A DNA stretch of 63,873 nt, counting the filler, from Asterionella formosa (lineage: Eukaryota): the NCBI GenBank assembly GCA_002256025.1. It is 12 parts of 12 records of this genome, joined end to end, with 100 filler letters (N's around TTAATTAATTAA, not from the genome) between each part and the next. Parts side by side here need not be neighbours in the genome. Positions count along the whole stretch, not along the records: positions 48,414 to 53,704 come from NKIB01013130.1; positions 53,805 to 59,094 come from NKIB01013131.1; positions 59,195 to 63,873 come from NKIB01013291.1; 9 more parts are not named here. The stretch is one strand, 5' to 3'. The position numbers and the translations under genes are program-made. This document shows, piece after piece, positions 48,436 to 59,561 of the stretch; position 1 is the stretch's first letter; each line of letters starts with the position of its first letter. The notes under the pieces are model-generated. The model saw only the letters and a program-made list of their open reading frames with translations. It did not search any database and was not told where the DNA came from.

Positions 48436-51400
48436 ATGTTAGATGCTGCTGTCAGTACTACTCTTAGCGACTCGCTGCCTCCCGGTCGAGTGGTCCGCCT
48501 TCACTTTAGCTGCACAGCCGCTCTGTCCTTTGGGAGCTCACTGCGCGTGACGGGAAGCACCTTGTGGGCTCCGACGCATCTGACTCCACAAGATCCGACG
48601 CATGCGCACCATGCGGCACAAGAACCGGCAGCTCTTGATTGGGTCGACCCGTCGGTCTTGCAAGGTCCCGACAATGGCATGTACACGTCCTCAGTGGAGC
48701 TGTACACGACGCCGGACACGTACCCGGTGTGGAGGACTCGACGACCCGTGGTGGTGGTGTTGCACAAGAGCAAGCATCAGACCGTGCAGCACCACTACTA
48801 CCGATACTTGGTGGTGTCGCCGGGAAGTACGAAGCAAGACGACGCGGAGGAAGACACCATGGAGGAGGAGGACGACGACTTGGGGAGTGAGACGCAGAGC
48901 GACACTGCGGACTCGTCCAAGGTGTTCTTTACAGCGGACCAGATCGTCGCCACTTCCAATCAGCACACTGGAGGAAGCAGCACCGTCATGCTGTGGGAAG
49001 ACCCATTTGGCGCATTTGTTGGAAACAATCTATGCAACTTGCCATATCGAACTCTGGACATTGATGTAGGGAGGGCGCAACCAACTGTCGAGGTATCGGA
49101 CACCTGGAACGAGAAGGACGATGTGACCTTTCGCCCCTACTTGATTCGAGAAGCGGTAAGGCCAGGAATTCATGCACTCATGTTGTCATGCATCGACTGT
49201 CTATACATCTAAAATTATTTCTAACCAACGCACCTATTGACAACTTTATTTCTCCGCAGATTAACGAAGAAAACAGAAAACTCAATAACCGAAACTCCTC
49301 AGGAGCTCTGTTCGGGTCGGCTACCACATCCATTTCCACTGCCTCCTCTGACCCCATGCTTCTTCAGGAGGGAGATCGCACACCACCGGCATTTGGGCAT
49401 GAACAGCGCATTTTCTTTGTGTGTTACCATTTACCCGCTGTTGTGGTCAAAGGAAAACACGATGGCATTTGGCGGGCCAGTTGGTCGGAATCACTCATGG
49501 CCAAAACAGAAGGGAGTCAAATTGTCAACCAATACCACGCACACTGGGTCGGGACAGTATCGACGCATCCACCAGTACAAACTGAAGAAGATAGGCAAGA
49601 AGTACGTGAACTGCTTGCCAGCATGAATTGCACACCTCTCTTCCTTCCAGACGATATGACACAAGCGCACTATTATGGATTCTGTAAACAAGTCTTATGG
49701 CCAGCCTTTCATAATGTCGATTTTTTGGATCTCAACATTCAAGACTCGAGTACCTGGGATCAATCCCTATTAGACAATTGGTGGAATGCCTACAAGAGTG
49801 TCAACCAAGCTTTTTGCACGACCATGACGCAAATGCTCAAACCGGGAGATATCATTTGGATTCATGATTATCACCTGTCACTGCTGCCCAAACTACTGCA
49901 TCAAGTTGAAGTGGAACAGATTGGCAGGAGCATGACACGCAAAGTCTTTTTTCTGCATATCCCCTTCCCCACCTCGCAAATCTTTCGAGAACTGGAATGC
50001 GGGGAAGAGTTGTTGGAAGGCATGTTGCATGCCAATGTTTTGGGCTTTCACGCGTTTGATCACGCACGTCATTTCTTGAACGCCGCCAAGCGTATTTTGG
50101 GATTGCAGTATGAGACTCTGGTGGGAGGTTTGATTGGCGTGCACTTTCATGGCCGGACTGTCATGGTAACCATGGCCAATGTAAGTATTGAACCACAAAT
50201 GGTTGACGCAGCCTTGCTACTGCCATCAGTGGAACAGACGAAGCGAGCATTGAAGGAGAAACATAAATTCCGCCTTATCATTGCTGGATGCGATATTGGA
50301 CAACGTCTGCAAGGAGTGGCTTTGAAGTTACTGGCATTTGAACGCCTGCTCAAGGATTATCCAGCCTGGCAATCTCGTGTTGTTATGGTCCAACGTGTGT
50401 TGCTTCCAGGGAGCCGTAAAGATGACGAAATTCAAACAGTGAGGGAATTGCGCTATTTGGTCAAGCGAATTCAAGAAACCTTTGGTCAGGCCGTTGTGGA
50501 TTATCAAGAGATCCAAGGTAGCTCCTTGCCCATGGATCAGCGGCTAGCGTTGTGGAAAGCCGCAGATGTCTTAATGGTGACGCCAATTCGTGAAGGCCTA
50601 AATCATTGGCCGATGGAATATATTTATGCGCATAAAGAGCCAGAAATGCCTGGAGTCGTGATTGCCTCAGAATTTAGTGCAGTCAGCTCGATTTTGAATG
50701 GAGCTCTTCGTGTCAATCCTTATGATATTCAAATGACTATTACAACAATTGACAAGGCTTTGACCATGGACAAACAGGAACGTGAGGGTCGCCGTTACCG
50801 TGACATTGATTTTGTGTCGACATCACCTTCTGACAAGTGGACTAAAAATGTCTTGCGTGATCTCAAGGATGCAATGGCATTGCAACATGGAAATGAATCG
50901 CAAGCGACATCATCCGCCTCAACTCCAGCAATGACCTTTACTGGAAAGAAGGACCTTATCGATAGCACTGCTTCTTACTTGGCTCGAGAATCTGGCATGG
51001 CATTTACTCGTTTAAATCACACTGCTGTGAAAGAAGCGTATGAATCCGCCTCTCGTCGTGTGTTGATCTTGGATTTCAATGGCACCATTGTGATCAAGGA
51101 ACCTCCAGGCAAATATTTGAAACGGGAAATCCTGGGCACTTCTGGGAATAAACCTCTCCCTGAAGTCATTGATGCACTAGGTGTTCTCTGCCAAGATCCC
51201 AAGAACAGTGTGTACGTTGTTTCAGGGGACTCAGCTGAAAATGTGCTTGCTGCCATTGGCAACATCCCTGGCCTGGGATTGGCAGTCAGTAATGGTGCTC
51301 ACTTTTCACCTCCAGTCATGCCTGGCCATGCTCGTCAGTGGCACATCTTTGATCTTGGTGTCGACTGGGATGCTGTTAAGCGTGTTGCACTCCCAGTTCT

Positions 51401-51965
51401 CTCTAAATACACTGCTCGTTCAAATGGATCATTTGTCAAATTGACCCAGTTCAGTATTGGCTGGTCATATTACTCCTGTGACCCTGAATGGGGCTCCTTG
51501 CAAGCGTCACACTTAGTGTTGGAACTCGAACGCGAACTTCAAACCTTTGATGTTCGTTTTGTTATTTTGAAGGGTGTTGTTGAGATTGTCCCACGGAAAC
51601 TGAACAAGGGTCTCTTTTGCAAGAAGGTGTTGAGAGATGCAGCAAAAGGGGATGGGATGGACTTTGTTTTATGTATGGGAGATGACATTTCAGATGAGAA
51701 AATGTTTACTGCTGTATTTTCATATGTTGCTGAGCTTGGCGACGAAGAAAATGCCCCTCCCACCACACCTGTTGTTGGTGAAATTCCGGAACCAGCACAG
51801 AATACAGTAGTGAAGGATCCATTATATTGTTACACAGTGGCTGTTGGAAAGAAGCCCTCTCATGCAAGTCAGTGGGTAACAGATGGAGTTGAAGTGGGAA
51901 TCTTACTAGTGGAATTGTCAAGTGTTGACAAAAACATGGCAGAAGCCAAGGGACTTTTTATTTAA
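48436..51965 (+). CDS. TPS: CBM20-like + trehalose-6-phosphate synthase (GT20) + trehalose-phosphatase (HAD) fusion; intron 49156-49259
   Basis: YYGFCKQVLWPAFH, IWIHDYHL, FFLHIPFP, GFHAFDHARHF, SEFS..GALRVNPYD, LDFNGT, VVSG, GDDISDEKMF; N-terminal YPVW and YYRYLV CBM20-like motifs; phase-0 104-nt intron. Confidence 0.93.
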
Positions 51966-53409
51966 CATTAGATTTATGCTGAGTGCAGTTTGCCTGTNNN
52001 NNNNNNNNNNNNNNNNNNNNNNNNNNNNNNNNNNNNNNNNNNNNNNNNNNNNNNNNNNNNNNNNNNNNNNNNNNNNNNNNNNNNNNNNNNNNNNNNNNNN
52101 NNNNNNNNNNNNNNNNNNNNNNNNNNNNNNNNNNNNNNNNNNNNNNNNNNNNNNNNNNNNNNNNNNNNNNNNNNNNNNNNNNNNNNNNNNNNNNNNNNNN
52201 NNNNNNNNNNNNNNNNNNNNNNNNNNNNNNNNNNNNNNNNNNNNNNNNNNNNNNNNNNNNNNNNNNNNNNNNNNNNNNNNNNNNNNNNNNNNNGAATTCA
52301 TGCTTGAATTGGTTTGTTCAAAGCTAGGAAATTATGATCACCAGAACAGATCTCATTTGCATTCAAATCGGAGCAATTCGACCATTGAATCAAAGGCTAT
52401 CTTGACAGCATTAAGTGAAACAACTTGTTTTTTTTGAATTCAACAAAAGTCTAGACAGGATCTGTCCTTTTAAAAGCATTCCCAGCATCGTTCTTTGACC
52501 ACCATCACTACAGTTTGCCTCATTCACCATACAAATGGCTTAAATTAATTTTTCTAGAAACAATACCAGTACTGTATACATACCAAGAAAGTCTACTCTA
52601 CAACTGGTAGCAATTGAGTAGTCTTAAAGCGCTTAATGTAAGTGATGGTAATTTTGTAGGGAAAAGATTGAGTAGTCTTAAAGCACTTACTATAAGTGAT
52701 GGTAAATTTGTAGAGAAAATAAATAAAGGAGATGGCTGCAGTATAATCAAACATTATTTAACTAGTTATTTAGACGTGAGTATAAACTCGTAATTAATAA
52801 TTAAATTATTGGCATCTAAATAAATTATTCGAAACCAATTTAACATACATATATTCATAGCGTACATGCACACATCACCAGATGCTGTTTTACATCGGCT
52901 GGCCACTAAAATATTTGTGGGAAACTGAAAACAACATGGTATTATGATTTTATAACATGAGCACTAGATTACATGTCGTTTCATTTACATTCTACGGTTA
53001 TTGTTGCACTTACATGAACCATGATTCTGGATATTTAACGATTCCAATCATCAAAATGAGCATACTGTTGTTCTCTTCCTTCCCATCATTGCCACTTTCG
53101 CAGTTGCGCATTCCATGATAGAAGGCAAGTTAACGTTGTTCTACTGTTATATCCTCCTTCACAGTTTGTATGTAGAGAAATAGATTGTTCGAAGAAAAAT
53201 GGGTCCTTGTGCATCTGCATTTTGCTCGAGATGGCCAAAAGTGGCTGAAAATCGAAAAATCCCAAGCCGTCTTTTTTGAAACGTAGTTGCCTATTGAAAT
53301 CTTTATATATACATATTACATACATGGATCTGCAGCTTAGGGCAAGCCTCAAAATAGGGCAATGAAGCAGGAGAAAATTTGTAGGAGTAAAAACGGCCCT
53401 GGAAAAATG

Positions 53410-53704
53410 TTAAGAATTGATTTACAGAAGTTATTAAATCATTAAATTTAAAATATTGCTCTAAATCTAAGCTGCTATTTACCAACATTTTCCTTCTGAG
53501 TTTAATAAATCTATACCTTTTTGAAATAAAAAATAACAAATTTATAGATTCATTTTTTAATGTACTACCAAAAATTAAAAACAATGGTTTTAATTTTAAA
53601 TTATGTCTAGATAAATGATCATAAAAATAAAATAATTTAATCAGCTTGTTAAATAGTCCAAACCACATTTTATTTAATTCCTCTGTCTTTAAAAAATAAT
53701 CTGA
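53410..53704 (-). pseudogene. AT-rich organelle-derived fragment, probably mitochondrial nad11 (NUMT)
   Basis: Abrupt shift to very AT-rich sequence with an open frame WFGLFNKLIKLFYFYDH...RFIKLRR...DLEQYF, which from recall resembles the distal part of diatom Nad11. Confidence 0.5.
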
Positions 53705-53809
53705 NNNNNNNNNNNNNNNNNNNNNNNNNNNNNNNNNNNNNNNNNNNNTTAATTAATTAANNNNNNNNNNNNNNNNNNNNNNNNNNNNNNNNNNNNNNNN
53801 NNNNTAAAA

Positions 53810-56164
53810 ATGTCAGCAGCATTGTCGTCCCATCGACTGTTGATGCTGGCATCAGTACTTATCCTCATAGGAATCATGTTGGGAACTAAAGGAGTAACAT
53901 CATGGGTAATTAAAGCTGCAACGTCGAGACGGATAACATCATCAGCCGAACGCAAATGTATACATCACTTACATTCCATCATTCCAACAAGCACGACAAC
54001 CAGACGAAGTAGAATACCAGTACGACGATTCAGCACTATCAATAGTATAAATCAAGAACAAGACGCCATTTCCAGTGAACTAGCTGAACTTGATGCTCAA
54101 ATACAGCATCACAATTATCTGTATTATGTCACATCGAATCCTATTCTCTCTGATGATGAATTTGATGCTTTGATTCAGAAAGAACGACAGTTGAAAGCAC
54201 AACATCCTCAGCTTTGGTCAGAGCGAACTGTAGGGGCGGCTGTGCCAGAACAAAATACACGACAACACTCTGTGCCCATGTTGTCATTGGATAATTGCTT
54301 TTCTCCGGAAGAACTGCACCAGTGGTTGGAGAAATTGTACAGAGCCATTATTGGACTTGACACTACTGCGGCAACCACAAATACCACGCCTACGACACCA
54401 GTCCTTTTGATCTTATCAGAGCCTAAATTAGATGGCGTTTCCCTCAACTTGCATTTTACCAAAACCAATGAACAGCACTATCAATTGACGTGGGCATCCA
54501 CACGAGGAGACGGTCGGCAGGGCACGGACGTGACGGCAGCAGTTCTAGAAATGGACATTCCAACGACATTTGCATACAAAGGCTCCACAGGTGATACACT
54601 GGACGTGCGAGGGGAACTACTCTTGCCCAAAACTGTGCCCAATGCTCGAAACGCAGCATCGGGATTATTGTTGAGGAAAGAATCTAATTCTGACTTGAGG
54701 CGAGAATTCACATTTTATGCTTACGATTTATGCGGAGAGGCAGCAGTAGTGGACGACATTATGACGGGACAGGAATTGAGAGAAACGTTGCAAACCATGG
54801 GATTTGCGGTGCCATACCCAGTGGCTAGTACAGCACTACATCTGAGTACGAATCAAACCACAGACATTTCAGAGCTTCTTAACTATCACTCCAATCTGTT
54901 ACAACAACGTGAAACCTTTCCACATGATATGGATGGAGCAGTGTACAAAGTTGGGGACATGGCACTCAGAACCACTCTCGGAACGACCACCCGAGCTCCA
55001 CGATGGGCCTTGGCCCACAAGTTTCCAGCACTCACTGTCATGGCACCATTGTTGGGCATGTCGGTACAAGTTGGACGCACCGGGGCCCTCACGCCAGTAG
55101 CACTATTGCAGCCAGTTGATATTAATGGCGTTTCAGTGCAACGAGCGACCTTGCATAACTATGGATGCGTTCAAACTCTCTTTGAGGGACGGACACAAGT
55201 GCCGGTGGGAACATGGGTCATGGTCCGGAGGGCTGGAGATGTTATACCACAAGTGATTCGCACAGTAGATTTGGCAGTTGCAACAACGTCCAGTAATAGT
55301 GACATGATTTCTCTGGAAGCGCCAACCCATTGCCCAGCATGCAACTCCCCCGTCATTAGGGGTGAGGACGAGGCAGTCCTTCGGTGTGGTGGACCACCAC
55401 TACAGTGTCCACCCCGAGCGATAGCAGCTCTAGCACATTCATTTTCAAGAGATGCCCTTGATATCAAGGGACTGTCAGAGAAGAAGCTTGAGCAGCTTCG
55501 AAACGAATCGATTCTCACACGACCTAGCGATTTGTTTCAATTGAATGACACGGTGATGGCAACTATTGCCGAATTGCCGGGTTGGGGACCAAAGTCGGCC
55601 AAGAATCTGAACGACACTGCCAAACAAGTGGCCAACAATGGCGTGACTTTGGGGCGATTCATTTATTCCTTAGGGATTCGATTTGCAGGCCAGCAGTCTT
55701 CAGATTTGGTTGCGGCACAGTACGGTACCGTCGAAGCGTTCTTTCAAGACAAAGATGACAATTATTCACGTCTCCTGGCCGTGAAGGGGATTGGTCCTGC
55801 CCTATTGTCATCCTTGCAAACCTTTGCCAAAGACGAGGTTATGTTTCAGGAGGCTCGTGCACTGGCATCAGTCCTTCTGGTCCGACCAGTGGAAATGGTC
55901 GCAGTACGGCCTGTGGTGGACCTACCTTGGAACGGTTGGGTCGTTGTATTTACGGGTGCCCTTCCAGACATGTCACGAGCTGATGCTCAAAAACTGGCCA
56001 AAGAAGTGCTGGGAGCCACTTCGACCCCATCCACGGTCAGCAAAAATACAAACCTTGTCGTCGCTGGAGACAAAGGAGGAAAGAAACTAAAACAGGCGGT
56101 GGAGCTTGGCGTTAAGGTAATGGACGATACCGAATTTGTCAAGCTTATCGCTGAATATAGATAG
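53810..56164 (+). CDS. ligA: NAD+-dependent DNA ligase with an N-terminal targeting extension
   Basis: Domain Ia (HNYLYY..P.LSDDEFDAL), HSVPMLSLDN, EPKLDG, STRGDG, NARNAASG, DGAVYK, PRWALAHKF, QVGRTG, RAGDVIP, C4 finger, HhH motifs, BRCT (VFTG..VSKNT..GGKKL); no introns. Confidence 0.96.
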   Translation: MSAALSSHRLLMLASVLILIGIMLGTKGVTSWVIKAATSRRITSSAERKCIHHLHSIIPTSTTTRRSRIPVRRFSTINSINQEQDAISSELAELDAQIQHHNYLYYVTSNPILSDDEFDALIQKERQLKAQHPQLWSERTVGAAVPEQNTRQHSVPMLSLDNCFSPEELHQWLEKLYRAIIGLDTTAATTNTTPTTPVLLILSEPKLDGVSLNLHFTKTNEQHYQLTWASTRGDGRQGTDVTAAVLEMDIPTTFAYKGSTGDTLDVRGELLLPKTVPNARNAASGLLLRKESNSDLRREFTFYAYDLCGEAAVVDDIMTGQELRETLQTMGFAVPYPVASTALHLSTNQTTDISELLNYHSNLLQQRETFPHDMDGAVYKVGDMALRTTLGTTTRAPRWALAHKFPALTVMAPLLGMSVQVGRTGALTPVALLQPVDINGVSVQRATLHNYGCVQTLFEGRTQVPVGTWVMVRRAGDVIPQVIRTVDLAVATTSSNSDMISLEAPTHCPACNSPVIRGEDEAVLRCGGPPLQCPPRAIAALAHSFSRDALDIKGLSEKKLEQLRNESILTRPSDLFQLNDTVMATIAELPGWGPKSAKNLNDTAKQVANNGVTLGRFIYSLGIRFAGQQSSDLVAAQYGTVEAFFQDKDDNYSRLLAVKGIGPALLSSLQTFAKDEVMFQEARALASVLLVRPVEMVAVRPVVDLPWNGWVVVFTGALPDMSRADAQKLAKEVLGATSTPSTVSKNTNLVVAGDKGGKKLKQAVELGVKVMDDTEFVKLIAEYR

Positions 56165-56295
56165 AAGCTATACGTGTAATTATTAAAGTAATATGTACAT
56201 TTTGAATGGATTTTCTAACTTAGCGGAAACATCAAAATGTCCGCCACCCCTCAAACACGCAGCACTCATGATGAGAGATACTGACTGTAACATAT

Positions 56296-59000
56296 CTATT
56301 TACCATATCGCATCTTATCCTCACGATCCATGAGTTCCGTGAGTTCATTGAGGGCAACCATTTGATCAAGAGCTAGAGAGCTACGAATATGAGGGTTCTT
56401 GGATTTCGCAATGGGCGCGAAGAACGAGCTTTCACGGACAATCTTGTTGAATTTTTTGCTATGTTGCATCGCAAAAACGAACCCAGCCAATGCTCCAACC
56501 AGAATGGCGATGAAAACGACAATACCAATCACCCAGTAACTGGGGCCTTGATAAATAAACTTGGAGTACTCGTCATCATCGTAGTTATAAGCCTTGTCAT
56601 CATCAGACCTTGTCCTGTTTAGCTCCACCAGCTGAGCCACTCCACCAAAATCACAAGTTGTGCCATCGATACGGTGAGCAGTCCAGTATTGGTTAAAGAT
56701 GACATCTGCCTGGGAAGTTAGGTCGTTGCCAGTAAGTCCATCTACAGCACTAGTGTCCTTTCCTTCCGATCCAAGGCAGAATTTTATTCCACTCTTTACT
56801 GAGCTTTCGAGCTGCCCACGCTTAGTGATGCATCGGAATTCACCGAGATCCTCATTGCGACAAGCGTTGGTAATCTTGGGATCGTTCAAGTTCCCTTTGG
56901 GGATCCATCCACGATCTAGAGCAGCCATGTATGACCACTGCGGTTCATATACATCGGTACGAAAGTTCCAGAAGTAGAAACCATGTCCAACATTCGAGAA
57001 TGCGTTGATTTTCTTGGCAGCGAGCTGATTTGTGTTGGAGAACGAAAGGAAAAACAGTGCGGTTAGGATTCCCATCTCATGACAATATTTCTAAATTTGT
57101 TGGCACAATATTATAACGTACTCGAGTCATGACATCGTCTGTATCGTCCAAGTGCTTGGGAGCATTTGGTGGAGCCCGGACCCAGTCATGGCCAGTTGCA
57201 GGATTTCCAGAGGATTCCTTGAGCCAATCGCGACCTGTCGGACACAATCCAAAAATTGGTCCAGACATTCTGTTGATAAAATAAGTTAGAGAACATTGGT
57301 GATGACTGCATACTAGGATGTAAATGAAAATGAACTTACCCAGTTCCGTATGGTCCCTGAATAGGTTTGCTCGGGTCCACTGGCGTTCCAGGCTGATCAA
57401 ATCCCATGTATGGATCCGAGCAGGGAATATATTTGCATGGGAGACGTGGAAACCCAGGGAGGTTATCGTTGAACCCGTTCAACCACATGGCGCAGTTATC
57501 AGTTGCCAATGACCATTCGCCAACAACAACTGGTCCGAAGGCAATCTCCATGGCAGCAATGGCTCCCTTCTGACTACAAGCGTTGTCATAAAAGGTTAGA
57601 CGAGAAGCGGGGTCCATCCATGCCTGATAAATGTGAGTATCTAAAGCACGATCAGGGCAACTGTAGACGAAGTGCAGAGTTACGTGTGAGCGTAGGTCGC
57701 ATGGATTATGAGCGCTTCGATCTACATACAGCATTCATAGGAATACTTACCCTGCCATGAATCCTCCCCAAATCTGTGGATCGAATCGGAATGAATCATG
57801 CATAATGTACTTCCAATAAGGGGCTTGTTTTTTAACGATCAAGTACCCGTCCCAATAAAACTTTTTCAACTCATCAATCGGAGTATACTGCCATGGCTCG
57901 TTGACTGGTTCCAATCCCAAAACTGCTGGATGAGCAAAGTACAAATTGACAATTTCTTGAATCACATCCAAGGCGTGTTCAATGTTCGTTTGATTAATTT
58001 CTGGATATGACACTGTGTGACTATCAAACTTGCCCATCCATTCAGCAGTTCGAATAGGCCAATGTTCAAATGTGGTCAGTCCAGCTGGGTATGTGTTTAA
58101 AATAGATGTCCATTCAAAGCCCATACACTTTCCCGAATTATCAAATCCATTCTGTGATCCCTTCATGGCATGGATATCAATTAACACATTCAGTCCATAG
58201 GCGTACGCCCAATCTAGTAACTTATCAACATAGTCCAAGGCACCATCGGTACAACCAACTTTTGTATGAAATGAGAAAAAATATATATGTAATGTGTGAG
58301 TACATTGGTCATTTTGCGAGCCAAATAGATATATAGCTATAAACACAACCGCATTGATACACATTAAGAAAACATACCAAAGGGTCCATATGGTTTATAC
58401 ATGTAATCACCCACAGGAAGACGAAGTGAATTCACAGCTTCACTATTTGCCAGTTCCTTTATAATATCTTCCGTCACCCAAGTTTCCCAATGACGACGTA
58501 GTTGTTTATTGGCTTCGACTGGTCCTAATACTTCACAAAATGTATAAATATCAAAGGCAGTGTTGGTTTCGCCACCTCCCAAGAATTGATAAAACAGGGA
58601 AGGTGTAATCCATGGTTCCAATACAAGCCAACCACCTATAAAAGAGAGTGAGAGCGAGAGCGAGAGGCTGTTAGATAGAATTCCAACTTGTACACTGGCC
58701 AGTGCCATTACTATACACTACTCCTCAAACCGAATCTTGTACATACGAGGTAGGAAAGGAAAACGTACCCAAATTGACACCTCGGATTTGATTGTTAAAG
58801 GGACGATTATGATCATCTGTGGAACATGTTTGTGTTTTATTGTGTGCCATGAAATGTTTAAAGCTGGTCAAGTCAAATCCATCATCATCCGCATTTGGTG
58901 AAGCAGAAGTAACGCTGGCTGCGGATGTTTGTAGTAGTACATGGGTCGCAAGAACCACCGCCATTAGCAAAACAAGCAATGGAGAATGGGAATACTTCAT
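56296..59000 (-). CDS. GH5 exo-1,3-beta-glucanase with signal peptide and C-terminal TM (exons 59000-58769, 58635-58378, 58258-57751, 57660-57340, 57269-57122, 57024-56296)
   Basis: [34 protein letters not shown], catalytic NEP and GEWS, GFYFWNF; five GT..AG introns join in frame. Confidence 0.93.
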
Positions 59001-59194
59001 ACTTTGAAAATTTCCGTAATATGTGATGCTCAGTTCGAGAGAATTTACAACGACTGCAACAAAATGGTTGTCTAATGTAACGCTGAGGCGATGANNNNNN
59101 NNNNNNNNNNNNNNNNNNNNNNNNNNNNNNNNNNNNNNTTAATTAATTAANNNNNNNNNNNNNNNNNNNNNNNNNNNNNNNNNNNNNNNNNNNN

Positions 59195-59561
59195 CGTACC
59201 ACAGTGGATGGTATTCATCGTCAATGATGCACCAGTGATCAAATGGAGCCTCGTAGCGAGACGTACAGGTCAGGTTTAGGAAGTCGTGAATGTAGTTTTG
59301 CTGTTCAACAAGTAAGACCTGGCAAATTTGAGTATGCGTTGCCCAGTGATCCACATTCTGGAGCCATAGTTTTTCCCACTCGGATGATTCATACGAAAGA
59401 AACTTGCGGCGATTGGGCTGGTCATATTGAACCACAGCTCCCACAGCTTTTGTCACCTCTTTGGTCTCCAGGGATTTTGGATCGTATGCAAGCTGCCGAA
59501 GGTACTGCTGGCTTTGGGCCGTATTAGCCAGAGCTAACAGGGCAGTGATGAGAAGCTTCAT
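59195..59561 (-). CDS. Secreted protein of unknown function, paralog A (3' truncated)
   Basis: Signal peptide MKLLITALLALANTAQS; inverted paralog at 63510. Confidence 0.8.

Noticed and set aside
48414..59094. TPS, LigA and GH5 (with GT92 upstream) as a carbohydrate or HGT gene cluster
   Set aside because: They lie on different concatenated contigs; only LigA and GH5 are truly adjacent
5320..59194. Regularly spaced TTAATTAATTAA as a biological repeat or array
   Set aside because: It is always centred in exactly 88 Ns, so it is an assembly linker
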